A stretch of DNA of 63,057 nt, filler included, from Folioceros fuciformis (GCA_049999805.1; 8 parts of 8 records of this genome joined end to end with filler, not necessarily neighbours in it), one strand, 5' to 3'; counted from the whole stretch's first letter, positions 25,843 through 38,840 are shown. Numbers and translations: made by a program. The notes: generated from the letters alone by a model not told the origin.

Positions 25843-26476
25843 CTCGCAAACTCAGGCTCCTCTAGTCCCTCAATCTCGCTAACTCAGGCTCCCTTACTCC
25901 GTTAGTAATCCATGGACCTTCTCCACCAGCCTCTTGCTATCAGAGCTTCCTTCTTCCTCAACCTTCCAACACACACTTCAAACAAAATCGCTTCCTCTTT
26001 TCTTGACGCTTGGCAGAAGCCAAGAACAACCGCTTACTTCCTTCCTTCCTCTCTCCCTGAGGTTTGAACCAACAACACACAACAATTGCTCACTTGCCTT
26101 CTTCCTTCCTTCCTCAGTTCCTCGACAGAATGCAGGCAATAAGCAAACAGAGATTTCTGCCTACACTCAATTGAAATCTGTCTTCTGTCGAGGGCATACA
26201 CTACAAGACCCGAGGCGATCGAAGCAAATCGTTCAAGAGGAGCCAAGCAAGTCCGGGAACAGCACATTCAGTCTGACCGCATCGCATCGCACGGCATGGT
26301 TCCACGATGCCCCGGGTCCGAGAGATCAGAGGGAAACTCTGCTGCCGCTTAGAATATACAAGGGGATTTCGTCCCGCGTGTATGGTATTTCGGCTGATCT
26401 GGAGGCCTGTTTCTTGAGGTTTCACCCTACGTGGCGCAGAGGTGGCAGTCGGTAGTGGACGCACAAAGCAAAGCAC

Positions 26477-26576
26477 NNNNNNNNNNNNNNNNNNNNNNNN
26501 NNNNNNNNNNNNNNNNNNNNTTAATTAATTAANNNNNNNNNNNNNNNNNNNNNNNNNNNNNNNNNNNNNNNNNNNN
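26477..26576. other. Artificial contig linker
   Basis: 44 N + TTAATTAATTAA + 44 N. Confidence 0.97.
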
Positions 26577-28999
26577 GAAAGGGGGAAAAGGGATGGGGGC
26601 GGCCGCAACCCCTGCCTCTAGCTCTTGCTAGGGCATGGCCTCCACAGCTGTTCATGCCAGCCAAGCAATTAGCCAGCCTATCGTCAGACCCTGACATACC
26701 CAAATACCCGTTCCTATGTTCAAACCATTATTATATTATTTAATATTATTATATTATATTTTAATTATTTAATATTATATATCTTTAATTAATATTAAAC
26801 TAATCACCCAACCCTATGGCCTGGTACCGAACCTAAACCTTCCCAGGTCAGGGACCAAACCTATACCCACTCTTATAACCAAATCAACAATTTCCTAGTC
26901 AATTAACCTAATTAGCACAAAGAAAAGTAGGAAAAATGACCAGAAAATCAAGGAAAATTAGGGAAAATAAGTTGAAAAAGAAAACCAAACCATACCACTG
27001 TTAAACCTTTTTCAACCAAAACAAACTACTACCCCAAACTTTGGAGGTTCAAATCACACCCCCAAACTCGCACACAGCCGCCACAGTCATTCGATCACAT
27101 AGTTTCTTCCTTCTACTGTCGCCACACTCGCGACCCACGTCCACTCATAGCTTTCACAACACCAATCAGCCAGCACCGCATTCTTATGTCACCAACGCTC
27201 ATTCACCAGCGCTCTTACTCACACACTCTCATTTACCAGTCCATGCGCGACTCTTGGCGCTCTTCTTCAACTCACCCGTCCAAGGCCTCTCCCCTTTGAA
27301 ATGGTAGCAATGGTGGCTCACCAGAGGCTAAGGGAAGGGGTATCCACTTCCACTCCGAACTCGCAGATTCGGCCTTTGGCACCTTTACCACTCCGCGCAA
27401 CCCTCACGGGAATAGCTGGGGAGCTCGTCTCCCACTCGGCGAGGTCTCTCCTCCCGATTCGTTCCCGGATCCTGGTTACAGAGCATCCACCACCTGCACC
27501 TACACCCTCAGAACACTACTTGCGCTTGCTTGCCTGGACCTCCTGTCCAGCAACGGCAATCGCTAGGATTCCACAAGGTTGGAATGTTGGGCTGGTTTCT
27601 TGCTAATTTTCCCGAGGCCCAAGCTGGCCTCTTGTACACAGTAGTGGTGGTATTTCCGCCATAAAGTTTGTCAAGGGTCAGTCAGCGCTCTTAAATTCTA
27701 AGCGACGTAGGTCCAAGCAAAACAATCTAAAAAAAACTAGTCTAGACTATAATTACTATCGCCTCTCTCTTGGCCGCTGGGGCCTCCCTCCTGGTCGTCG
27801 CGCCCTTCCCCCTATTGGTCTGCCTCTAGCCCTCCTAACCCGCCGTTGGTCAGGTAGGTCCTCCCACAGGACCTCTACTTCATTGCTGCTCGGTGGGTCT
27901 CGTCGCAGGGAATCCCTCTCCTCCCTCCATTGCCGATTGCTGAAGATGGGCACAAGCTCCCACTCAACCCACTGCTGCGCCTCCTCCTTCGTCAGTTCCT
28001 CCAGGACTGCCACGGAATAGCAATGAGCCAGCCCCCATACCCGCCAACGGTAGTAGTAGATGCCCTTGTGAGTCCTTAGTTGCAGGCCGTAGCCCTGCGT
28101 CCCTCCTGTGCCCATACGTACATACAAAAACAGCTTCAGAACCCGGGCTCCTTCCACATAGAGGCCTGGCACATAAGAGGCCACCTCCTCATACTGCAGC
28201 ATAACCTAACCCTCTCTCATAAAGGAGGTGCTTACCCCTTCCTCCCTTGGGCTACTTCGGGCGGCCTGTCCCCTGCTCTCTTGGGGTACCTGAGAGTCCT
28301 CCATCCCTCTAGATACTGCTGCTTCCGGCTGAGTTCGCCTGGTGCAAGTCGCCCTCTTGGAACGCCAGAGCACAGGAACCTCCGTCATCACTTCTTCTAC
28401 TACCGGGGTTGTGGCCTCGGCCGACGTCGTCCCTCCTTTACCGGTAGCCCCTTCAACTACCTCGGTTGTCGCAAGAGTACTGGTAGTTGCTTCGGCTACA
28501 GGAATTGTTGCTTAGCCACCGGTAGCCCCTTCGGCTACCGGTGCCGCCGTCCGGTTACTGCGCCCAGCCTTACCCTTTCCCTTTACTCGCTCCCTGGCCT
28601 CAGCCCGCTCCCGTTTGTACATGTCTGCCAACTCCTGCATTTGCTCCATCGCAGCCATCTGCTGCTCCTGAGCCTTAGCCACTTCCCGGTGTATTTCCAA
28701 ATTAGTCTCATGGGCTTCCCTCATATGAGCTTGGAACGACTCCTATTGCTCCTTCAGCGCATGGATCGCTTGGAATTTATGGAATTAAATCCAGAAAAAT
28801 AGGGATGAAAATAGAAAAGGGGAAATTAGGAAAATAAAAATAAAAAAAATATAGGGATACGTATATGGTATACATATTAATACGTATCTAAATCATATAA
28901 AATACAAAAAAAGGTGGGGGTATACGTATACGGACCGTATACGGTCTCTAAAAAAACACCTTACTTGGAGGCAAGGGGAGGGAGCGGGATCGGGATGGC
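26577..28999 (-). mobile_element. LTR-retrotransposon-derived contig (possibly Athila/Tat-like Gypsy): LTR-like ends flanking a decayed accessory ORF
   Basis: 26977-27051 matches window 1-75, and 28771 onward resembles 20702 onward. Minus-strand GTTTGGGGGTGTGA next to the repeat end resembles an Athila-type PPT. No gag/pol motifs seen. Confidence 0.55.
27756..28770 (-). pseudogene. Single decayed ~335-codon reading frame (coiled coil, KGKGK, Thr/Ala/Glu-rich linker, Trp-rich domain, Arg-rich tail)
   Basis: ORFs 28512..28724, 28206..28391 and 27756..28202 share one frame. Manual translation shows only three interrupting stops (28743-45 TAG, 28512-14 TAA, 28206-08 TAG). Confidence 0.65.
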
Positions 29000-29099
29000 N
29001 NNNNNNNNNNNNNNNNNNNNNNNNNNNNNNNNNNNNNNNNNNNTTAATTAATTAANNNNNNNNNNNNNNNNNNNNNNNNNNNNNNNNNNNNNNNNNNNN
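29000..29099. other. Artificial contig linker
   Basis: 44 N + TTAATTAATTAA + 44 N. Confidence 0.97.
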
Positions 29100-29415
29100 A
29101 CACAGTGTAGTGCAGTTTTAACTGCTTAGGCCTTCATTAAATGGTCCGTCAAACTTGGGACGGGTGTCCCATCCTAGCTCAGTATTGGTTTAATGTTAAT
29201 TACCTCTTCATCATACGGCCTGGACCTTTATAAGGTTACCTTCTCGTACACATTTCAAGTTAGTAGAGTTTCCTTTTCCTCTCTTGCATTTTTGGTGTGC
29301 AGCCGTATAAATATTATTATTATTATTTAAATAATTATAAATGATTTATTTACTTATTTTCTACAATGATAGACACATTCCTCCTCCTCATTTACTATTG
29401 TCTGTTGGTGGTTGG

Positions 29416-29610
29416 ACTCCTTATAAAGGCTAGCATGGTCGCAAGCCATTTATTTCTCATCTACGTATTTTTGGATTTCTAGGGTATGCTTATATCCATC
29501 TTAATAGCTTTAGGACAAGCTTATAGCTTGCTATCTTGGGTACATTACGCACCGGAAGGCCTACAAGCTGGTGGATTTCCAAACGTATGCTTTGACGTAT
29601 GCACTCAGTA
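29416..29610 (+). mobile_element. Small copia integrase C-terminal/SH3-like remnant
   Basis: Reads TPYKG*HGRKP..SHLRIFGFLGYAYI...LGYITHRKAYKLVD across frameshifts, matching the copia P.E.W.G.KP..SHLR.FG..AY...LGY...GYKL.D pattern. Confidence 0.65.
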
Positions 29611-31593
29611 AAACTAAACACATTTATTATCAGCCAATTGAAAGGTCTATGAAATTATCACATGGAGAATAATAATTGACATGGAACCGAAAACTCCGAC
29701 ATCCGCTAGTAAATGGGGACAAACTCAGTCAAAAGGCTCGACATTTAGGGTTGAATCAAATTACATATAGAGTTTTAAGCATCTTGCCCTAAAGTCTTGC
29801 GGCGGGAGGCTTTGAATGCATCGTGGGCGTGGGGCATGGGGGTATGAGGTATGGGAGGATCGTGCCGACATGGATACCGGGAGCCGCCTTGTCAGGCGAG
29901 TTGCGAATGGTGGGCTCCACTCCTGCGTGGGGAAGTCCACGTTGATGACTTTGTGAAGGAACATTAACCTCAGGGCGTTACGGAGCCAGCATTAATTCCC
30001 TTCGGGTGTTCTCCATGCTTGGCACGTTCGAATGGAACAAGAGACCTTCCGTTCTTACAAATATTGGTAAAGCTTTAGTCCAGGCAAGGCAGGTGATAAT
30101 TCATGAAGCCACCTGACTTGCCGGGAAGGCTGGACTCCATGCAGCAAGTTCCCAGGATAACCGAATCCTATGTTGGTGTGCCCGTCCTTACTGGGCTTCA
30201 CCAAAGTCTGTTTGTTTACACATTTGCCCTTTCTCTATCTACAGGCGTGAGAAAGACCGCAATTGGGATCGCACAATGTTATGACCCTAACCTACGGCTA
30301 ACACATGGGCCGTTTCCCGCCAGTGAGTCCCTGTCTAGGGCTCTGGTTTTGCGTCGGGGAGGAAAAGTAGCAACGCCAGGCTTTGCGTCTCCCTCACCTG
30401 CCAGGAGTCAGTTCCCTAACTCAGCCAGAGTGATATGAAGCTCTTTAAGACGTAGAGAGCTCGTGCGTAGTCCACCCGACCTTGCAACAACTGATAACTG
30501 GTATGCTGTCTGTCCAATACAAGGGCCTGTTGTTCAGCTAATAGTCGTGAAGAAGTCTCCAGGGACCTGCATGGCATTTGAATAGCATTCGTTCGCATGG
30601 GGCCACATAGAAACCCCAATTCTGTCAAGTTTCACCTCGACCAACAAGACAGGTACGCTGAAAATATGTTGTCGAGCATTGCAGTGCATACTAGTACACC
30701 TGTGGCTCCCAGGCTGCCAGAGAAAAACTCTTAGAGCACTCTCAAATCGTACGTATATGCCAATCCCTGCTTCCAAGTCCCCTGTGCTTCATCTGTTGAT
30801 GACTGCATGCGCATCCTCCAATGAAGCCCGGAGGCCGTTACAGGTCTGCAGAAAGCGGTAAAGAGCTACAATTCTTGGCCCTTCTTGTTCTGTGTGGACC
30901 GTATTCCTTACTCCCTTCTAGTGTTGGCTGTGGTACTTATGCCGTCCTCCTAGTGTTGGCTGGGGCCTTACTCCCTCCTAGTGCTCTGTGGGACTTACTC
31001 CTTCCTAGTGGTGGCTGTGGTGATGTTATGCTGACCAAAACGAAGCGGGACCTGGGAAATCACCGGCGGGGTTTTCTCTACGGTAAGCAATATTAAGGTT
31101 TGTCCACCAAAACATAAAACACCACGAAACGGATCGAGGATCACATGACCAAGGGAGAGTCACGAGGGACAAGTTTTCTTCTACATCTGCAACAAGGACA
31201 CCCACCTGCTTCTGCACTGCTGCAGTGGGGAGAGGCAGATACAAGGGCCAAAGTTTTGACCTCTCCCTCTTCTCTACCGGCCAAAGTTTTGATCTCCCCT
31301 CTTCTCTACCGAAAGCCAGATGGCAAGTATTGCAACATGGTCAATGCACCGCATCCAAATTCTGATTGTTGGACATTCAAGGCTTGCATTCTCCAGACAG
31401 CACAGGAATATGTGTAGCGCTGTCAAAGTTTCCAATTGCAATCAAAGCACCGTACAGGCGTGCAGTCTAGCCGCTCCATCCACCTCACTGTCCCACTGAT
31501 AATTACAATGCTCACCTATCCTTCAGCAATTAGTTTGACTTGAAAGCAACGTCTTCAGATGCCATATTATAATACACAAGAAGTGTGCAAGGA

Positions 31594-32927
31594 TCAAAGA
31601 ACAGAGTCTCGAAGAACCTGAATGGCATTGAACATCTTCCGCTTGGGCCCAATGGGAATGCGCATTTCTGTCAAATCCTCCATGGTAAGCAAAGGCAGAA
31701 CCTCGTCATCCACCTCGTTCTGTTCAAAGACCTCGGCATGGTGTCCCAAGCCGAGGGCCGAGAGCCAGGGTCTGACCCCTGAAGCGTAGGCACCTGCTGC
31801 CCTATGCAGATACTTGGTGCTCAGCTCCCCCACAGTGAGCTCCGGCTGATCGGCTCGGGGGCCCTCCTGCCTAACAGCTGTGACCCCATCCGTGCTCTTC
31901 ACCCGGCCGTCTCTCTTGCCACCGTTGGTTTCCGGTGGAGGGAATGCGGGAGACCGTGTAGCCAAAGGCAGAGGCAATGGCGTCTTCGTCTTCTCCCGCT
32001 GCAACTCCCCGTGCTGCTGCTGCTGTTGCTGCGGGCCCCCGTTCGGAGCCTCTGCCTCCCCATTCCCCTGCTCGTTGAAGGAGCTCTGCGTCGCGTCGGA
32101 GCTGAGAGGTCCTCGATCCGAGCTCTCCCGCTCCTTGTCGGATGCAGCAGGCGGAGGAAGGATAGCAAGCGGCACCGGAGGAGGCGGGAGCAGACTCAGA
32201 CTCAGAGGAAGCGGCAGAGGCGGAAGAGCCTCCCTGCCCTGCCTCTCGTCCACAGACGGATTCTTCACGCTCTCCGTTTCCGAGGCCTTGGAGTCCTTGT
32301 CCTCCTTCACTTCCCTGCCTTCCCGCCGTTCCTTCACCTGCTTCGCTTCCTTTTCCTTGTCCTTTCCCGCCTTACCTGCCCTACCTGGCCTCCCCGCCTT
32401 CCCCGCCTTGCTCACCTTCTCCTCCTGTCCTTTCTTGGATGCCTGCAGCATTCCTCCAATCGACTTGTAGGAGGCGCTGGCGCCGCCTCGCCTGCCTCCT
32501 CTCCTGGTCGCCTTCCCGCGCTTGGCCGGCCCATTGCCGACCTGCTGCCGGCGGCCTGTAACTGGCTTCTCCTCCGCCACAACCAAAGCCAAAGCCAGCC
32601 CCTGCTCGGAAGCCTGCTCCCCGTTAGCCTGCTGCTGCTCCACGGCCGCGCCCGGTCCCTCGCCATCGCTCTCCTTGGAAGAAAGCCCCGGCTCGCCACT
32701 TCCAGCGGCCAGAACCGCCGCATCCCTCTGCCGCTGAGACTGGCTCGCCGTGCTGGCAACGTGCTCCAGAGTTCGGGTCCTTGGCTTGACGTGCATCACC
32801 TTGCCAGAAAACGGGAAATCCCCCTGCACGGGTACGTCGTGGTATCCATCCCGGTAGCGCTCCCGCTCTTCCCGCTCCTGATCCGGAACCCCTTCCCACT
32901 CCATCTTCCTCGTCGCCTGCTCCTCCT
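31594..32927 (-). CDS. Sterile alpha motif (SAM) domain protein with a long low-complexity N-terminal region, 5' partial
   Basis: C-terminal GVRPWLSALGLGHHAEVFEQNEVDDEVLPLLTMEDLTEMRIPIGPKRKMFNAIQ is a typical plant SAM domain. The ORF runs towards the contig end. Confidence 0.88.
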
Positions 32928-33027
32928 NNNNNNNNNNNNNNNNNNNNNNNNNNNNNNNNNNNNNNNNNNNNTTAATTAATTAANNNNNNNNNNNNNNNNN
33001 NNNNNNNNNNNNNNNNNNNNNNNNNNN
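32928..33027. other. Artificial contig linker
   Basis: 44 N + TTAATTAATTAA + 44 N. Confidence 0.97.
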
Positions 33028-34532
33028 CGTCTTGGAAGTGTTGTGTACACGAAGGCAAGCTACCTTCTTGTCCTTGACCACATCCTCGTAAAATACCACG
33101 AGGAGGCGGGAGGTGTTGAATATAGAAACAGCATGATTCGTAATCTGCTGCACCCGTTGCAGATTCCCGGGCAAATGGTCCACATTGATCACGGGCTTGA
33201 ACTCAGCCAGCATCTTAGCCTGCAACACGCGAATTGTCATACATATGTCGTAGAGGATCAGGTGACCAAATCCACAGTCTGCGGGAAGGAAAGAAAAGGC
33301 GTAGACTGGCTCCCACCTCCTCTTCGGAGTGCACATGCGACTTATGAGTCCCATTTAACTGCTTCACTTGTCGGTCATACGCATTGGCCAAAATAGAAAT
33401 AAGCCTTCTGAGAGTGTTGCGCCTGAGGAGGAGGATAATGGAAACTCCTCGTCGCTGCAGATAAGCAGCCACTTCCCTCCTATACTCCATGGCACCCTGG
33501 AAACCTCTGCCTGGGGCTCATCAGCGACTGCATACGCACCGGCCGATCCGAAAACAAAAGAAGAGAAGAAACTGCACCACCACTAACTAACTAAGTGCGG
33601 CATCACCTGATTAAGCATCCACTTGAAACCCACAGCGGAAGTGCACTCGTTCTTGGAGGCACTGCTGACCCAGTCCAGGTTGTAGATCGTGTCCAGAGTC
33701 TCCACAATGGTGGAAAAGTTCTCTCGTCGCGTCTTGAGCGAAAACACTTCCCCGTGGGAGCTGATGTTGGGATGGTTGTTGAGCAAGGTCTCGAACCACC
33801 CGCTCCCGGACCTCTGCATCGACATTATAGCGAAGTAGTGCACAGGAGTGCACGCGCATTCCTCCCTGCGCACCACCACCCCAAGCCCACAGCCCACAAG
33901 CTCCGTAGGTAAGCAACCGGACACTCACCCGACGAGAGCGTGGCATGGGCATCGGGAAGCTGGGTCACATAGGTCCATGAGCTCACTCACCTACTGTAAG
34001 TCGAGGGTTCCGGATAATGCTGCAGGAAGCCATCTGCGTGGCGGTCGCTCTTGCGGCAGCTGTCGGGCGCCGCGTCAGCTGCCAGCAGCGACTGGTACTT
34101 CTTCCAGTCCACCCGGAGGAAACACAGATACACTCCGAAGATACCCACCATCACCAGCATGAACAGTTTCCATATCACCGACGCCTTCTTCAGCACCTTC
34201 CCCCCACCAATGTCCTGTGGTAGGACACTCGCAGAGCTGAGCACACTCGTGAGCTTACACGACATGACTACCCAACACAAACCAGGCTTATCTGCGCTGC
34301 GAACCACAGAACCCTACCATCGGCACCGCACCCTGTTCGCTCAGCCACATCTAAATGCCCACCCACACTACAGGCCAGCCAAGGAACCAAGCTCAGGCTC
34401 AAGCTCAAGCTCAAGCTCAATGGAGAGAGGGCAGCGGCCTGAAGTCAAGCTGGGACGAACACTAGTACTCACACCTCCGCCCTCAGGCAGCGTCCGATCT
34501 GTGTTAGCGAGAGCCCAATCGATCCCCGACAT
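33028..34532 (-). CDS. Plant NodH-like / Stf0-type sulfotransferase family protein with an N-terminal membrane anchor, 3' partial
   Basis: HYPEPSTYSREECACTPVHYFAIMSMQRSGSGWFETLLNNHPNISSHGEVF, SKNECTSAVGFKWMLNQG, RRNTLRRLISILAN, LNGTHKSHVHS, VVFYEDVV. Exons 34214-33991, 33865-33607, 33496-33317, 33219-33064; first exon 34532-34473 is tentative; last exon lost in the gap. Confidence 0.88.
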
Positions 34533-35693
34533 GAGACCAGCCAGCCCCAGCTCACGCAGCAGCCGCAGCAGCAGCCGCAGCAGCAACTCCTGCAGCTCCT
34601 GCACCACCTTGACCTGAAATCACACCGGGTTTGTTGCGATGGATGACTCTGTTGGACGACTTGAGATGCCTCGGAGCAAGCAGCACGACCAGATTCAACT
34701 GCGAAACACCAAGCCTCCTTCGTACGACCTGCTCCTCATTCACCTCACTCACATTTCCTCCCGCCTCCAATTTTTCGGCATCAAATGAAAAAGGCCCGCC
34801 TTCAGGACATGCCACCATTGTTGAGTATGCCAGAGCATGCCTGTGTATGAATGTACGACACGTGCCTGGCTCATTTCCGTACGTATGTATATAAACCACA
34901 AGTATTATAATATATATCTATATATGTATATATATAATCACATTCTATAGATGTACATTCATACAATTAAAAGTCTGTGTTTTTATGGAGAATAACTATG
35001 GTGGAAGAAAGTCCATCTAACCTAGTTCCGGCAGGAAAAGAAAAACAACTAAGCTATTTATTTTATCATTTCTCTTAAAACATACCACCGAAAAAAAAGT
35101 TGTCATATTTCATAGAAATTATAATTTTCTTGATAAAATGAAAAAAATTTATCAAAGAACTAGAAAGAAGGTTTAGCATGGTTAAGAATTTGTTCTAACG
35201 TTGGATGGCATGAGGATTTAGCAAACGTTGTGGTAAAGCCTTGCAATTTAATTAAATTTTCTGACATTGCATGGAGTTTTCTTTGTCTTCGATAGTTAAA
35301 TATTTTTACCAACAAAAGGGTTTAGGTATGGCATATTAAACTGAAGAGAGGGGGTTTGGCAGAAAACTTTTTCTAAAGAGTGAGTCTCTCCAATTTGGGC
35401 TTGAGGACGAATATTTAGATCATGAAAAAAACAATCCAAACTAGCCATTCACACATTCGGTTGAAATATTGTCAGAACTTCAGTAGCACCATCCAAATTT
35501 TTAAAGCACCATTTTGCTAGCTTAGGGTTTTTGGTTCACCCTTCATAGTGGAAGGAGGTGGGGGGTGCAACATCCAATTTAGGGTTCTTTTCCTTAGTGT
35601 TACATCCGTTACTCTCTAAGTGCACCTCCTCCCTCCCTATCTATGCCCCCTCCATCCTGCAACGCACAGCCTGAGCCTGCACCCCCCCCACCC

Positions 35694-35793
35694 NNNNNNN
35701 NNNNNNNNNNNNNNNNNNNNNNNNNNNNNNNNNNNNNTTAATTAATTAANNNNNNNNNNNNNNNNNNNNNNNNNNNNNNNNNNNNNNNNNNNN
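35694..35793. other. Artificial contig linker
   Basis: 44 N + TTAATTAATTAA + 44 N. Confidence 0.97.
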
Positions 35794-37419
35794 TAACGGA
35801 ATTTGGAAAATGCTCGCAAAGTACTCGGACGGGACGGCGGGACGGGTTTGGGGCCCCTGCCTTGGGAGGCGGTGAAGGAATTGGCAGTGCTGCTGTTTGT
35901 CGGTTCGTCGCTCGACAGAGGAGGAGGGAGCAGATCTGAGTGGACACAGGGAAGGAGGGAGGACGGAAGGAGCAGGGTGGGGGGCCGGCCCAAATCGGGC
36001 CGGCCGACACCCCAACAAAAGTTTGACTACTATGCGGCAGAGGGGAGCGTGCTCCAGACTGGGTCCCTTTATGGCCCATGACCTCGCGCCCGAGATAGAT
36101 AGATAGATTTATAGGTATGTACAGAAGATACTACATGGATAGTTCCGTGGATACCTGCTGTTTAGAAGCTCCCACCATTGTGGCCTTACTAGGCATGTAG
36201 CTCTCCAAAAGCAAAAGATCTGTAGTGCGTCCCCGTGGGACGAGATCCGGCACGAGCGCACTCGCAGAGCAGAGGCGATATTTGAGAGCCCCAATGGCGG
36301 AATCTAGTTGTGGCATCTCTGACATTCGTGACATTGGTTGTGTGGGTTCTTGGGAGCACTCAACGAAACCAACCGCGGATTTAGATCTGTGGGATGAACA
36401 CTGAAAACCGCTAATCCGAGGTGAACCTTTTACCATCCCTTCCACGAAGTAGATTAAAGACGATAACACGAAATCCGAACCAAAAGCAGGAGAGATGGGA
36501 AATCCGAGGAAGAACTCCGCCGGGTCAAGGAAGTACAGGACTGTACATCGTGTGAAGGGCTCGATGAGTCCGACGCGAGCGCAAGCGGAAGCGGAAGCTC
36601 TGGCAGCTGGAGAAGTAAAGGTTAGGTAATCCGGAAAGGGGAAAGGGGAAAAGGGCAAAGCGGAGTGGGGAAATCCGAGAAGGTGCAGCGCATGGGAGTT
36701 GTGATCACGCCAACAAGACCCACAAAACAAGCGATGAAAGCCAGCAGTAAGAGCCCCTCAAAATGGGCAACAAAAGGCACAGGCAAGATGGACGATGCGG
36801 GGCGGAGGTGGCCGAGGAGGGTAGTTGGCTGTGCGCTCTTTGTGTTCATCCCCGCTTTTGTCCGTGTCCTCCTGTTGAAGGCAGAAATCACGTTGACATT
36901 GATGGAATCCGTGGAGCATGCATGGCATTGCACACAAGTCTGTCCCATGTGAAGCAGTGAATGCCAAACCAAACCAAACCAAACTAAACGCCAGGCGCGG
37001 CCTCGAGGGTCCATGCTGGGTCCGTGAGGATGGTTCATTGCATCCATGGAACGGGCCACTGGCTTCACCACTTCAGCTTTCAGTGAGCCTTCAGTCTGCA
37101 GCGTGGAATAGAATATGCACAGATAGGCGCGAATGCGCAGGATGGTGGGCAGGTGCCAGATTCTGTGTGATCGTGATCTGCTGCAGACTAGCCCGGCCCT
37201 GCCCTGACCTGACCGCGGCAAGCGTTAGTGGCGCATTGGTGAACAGAGCTGCAATGATTGGGGGAAAGCGGCAAAGCTTGGCTGTCTCCCACATGTGCTA
37301 GCTACGCCAGAGTAGAGTAAAGTGGACCGAAGGAAAGAAGGTGGGCAACGAGACAACTTTGTCATCAGCCGACCTGAATAGCAACAGCTCTAGCCTGCAG
37401 TGCTGGACACACATACATG

Positions 37420-37456
37420 CATCTACATCTACATCTACATCTACATCTACATCTAC
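37420..37456. repeat. (CATCTA)6 microsatellite
   Basis: Direct reading of the sequence. Confidence 0.9.
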
Positions 37457-38654
37457 CGGGATACATACACACGTACGATGTCCCTACTGCACAGTCGTAT
37501 GTGCCAGGCCGTGGTTCTCACACCTACTGTACATACATGTACTGTAGGTACTGCAGTGCGCAGGGAGTACATGTACATATGGAGGTGGGGAGTGTGCAGT
37601 GTGCAGGTACGGTACATGGTTGTGTCGGGCACTGTGTGCATAATTTATGCTGGTGCAGCAGGCTGGTCTGCTGTGTGACATGTGTGATGGCTAAAGCAGC
37701 GCTGTTGGAGGAAAAAGGGAGAGACTTGTGGCTGTACTGCACCCTGCACTGCGCGGTTGCACCAGTGAGATGCTAACAACACATACAATACTGTACAGTA
37801 CATATCTACGCCTGGTGCCACAGTGTGCGTACTAGTGTACACGCAGCGTAGCCGGCCACTGGCAGCTTCAAGCCGGGTGCAGGAGGACGTCCTAGCGGTT
37901 CCCTGATGTTGCCGCATGTACGTCCAAGTACAGTCCCCCGTCCCCCTCGAACTTCAACGCCAGCGTGCCTACCTCATCCACTTTGTGAATCAGCGACCCA
38001 GTCTAATTGGCGAGACTTCGCTTCCTCCTCCCTTCCCTGCGCTGCGCTGCCCACCCAGCGCCGCGCATGCGCGCAGACGATAATCCTGACCCGTTCCAGC
38101 CCTGAGACTCAGCCCCGTGCCCAGCCGTCAAATGCTCACACTGCCCACTGCCGCTGCCCAGGCCAGCAGCCTTCCAGCCCGCCAAACTTTAATCGTCTCC
38201 CGAGATGGGTTGGAAAGCGTGCCAGCCTTATCATCTCTGTCTGCTCCTCCTCGTATCTATCCTCCGGGGAGATTGCCAGGCTATCACCATTATGGACTGG
38301 GAAACCGCGGATGCCATGGCAGCAGCCTGCCTGCGGGAAACCGGAGGTGTAATGAGGGAGCTACCCATCCGTAATAAAGCAGGGCTGGATCGCGGAGCGC
38401 GGCCCCGGGTGCCGACTCCCGACCCCCGAGCCCCGCCCTGGACTCCATCCCCATCCCCGCACACGCACCCCCACCCGCACATAAACAAATGCTTTCCGTC
38501 TGTCGACATAGATATGCAACGCGATTTTGGCCAACTCAATCCTCGGGGCTGCTGGGCCCTGCAAATGCCTTGTACTGCCCTCTCATGCATGTCACTACAT
38601 CCACCATCTCCCTCTCCCTCCCCCTCCACATGTATGTCAGTTGTAACCGTCCGG

Positions 38655-38840
38655 AGCAGGGTGCAGGATGCAGGGTGCAGGGTGCAGACTGTGCAGAGTG
38701 ATGAGCAAAGCCCAGAGTGTGCAGAGTCCAGAGTACAGTACACATGCCGAGTCCAGAGTTGATGTGCAGAGTCCTGAATATGCAGAGTCCGCGTGCAGAG
38801 TCCTGAATGTGCATAGTCCAGAGCGTGCAGACTTCAGAGC
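38655..38840. repeat. Imperfect minisatellite with core GTGCAGAGTCC / GGTGCAG
   Basis: Many TGCAG(A/G) cores at short, irregular spacing. Confidence 0.7.

Noticed and set aside
26577..28999. Complete non-autonomous LTR-internal-LTR element
   Set aside because: No primer-binding site next to either LTR-like end, and the internal ORF is truncated at the junction, which favours nested insertion.
31804..32979. 391-aa plus-strand ORF, and similar ones (28080..28802, 23279..23761, 61694..62503, 13973..14500)
   Set aside because: Antisense shadows of GC-rich real or decayed coding sequence on the other strand.
33028..34532. Recent bacterial horizontal transfer of the NodH-like gene (also considered for EngB and DPE2)
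   Set aside because: All have spliceosomal introns and match widespread plant gene families.
34863..34883. TGCCTGGCTC resembling the 5' half of miR160
   Set aside because: Only 10 nt match, the rest diverges, and no complementary star arm is evident.
35310..35590. TAGGGTT/AGGGTTTAG motifs as telomere repeats or a telomerase RNA template (also 48061-48073)
   Set aside because: Isolated single copies, with no array and no USE/TATA Pol III promoter seen.
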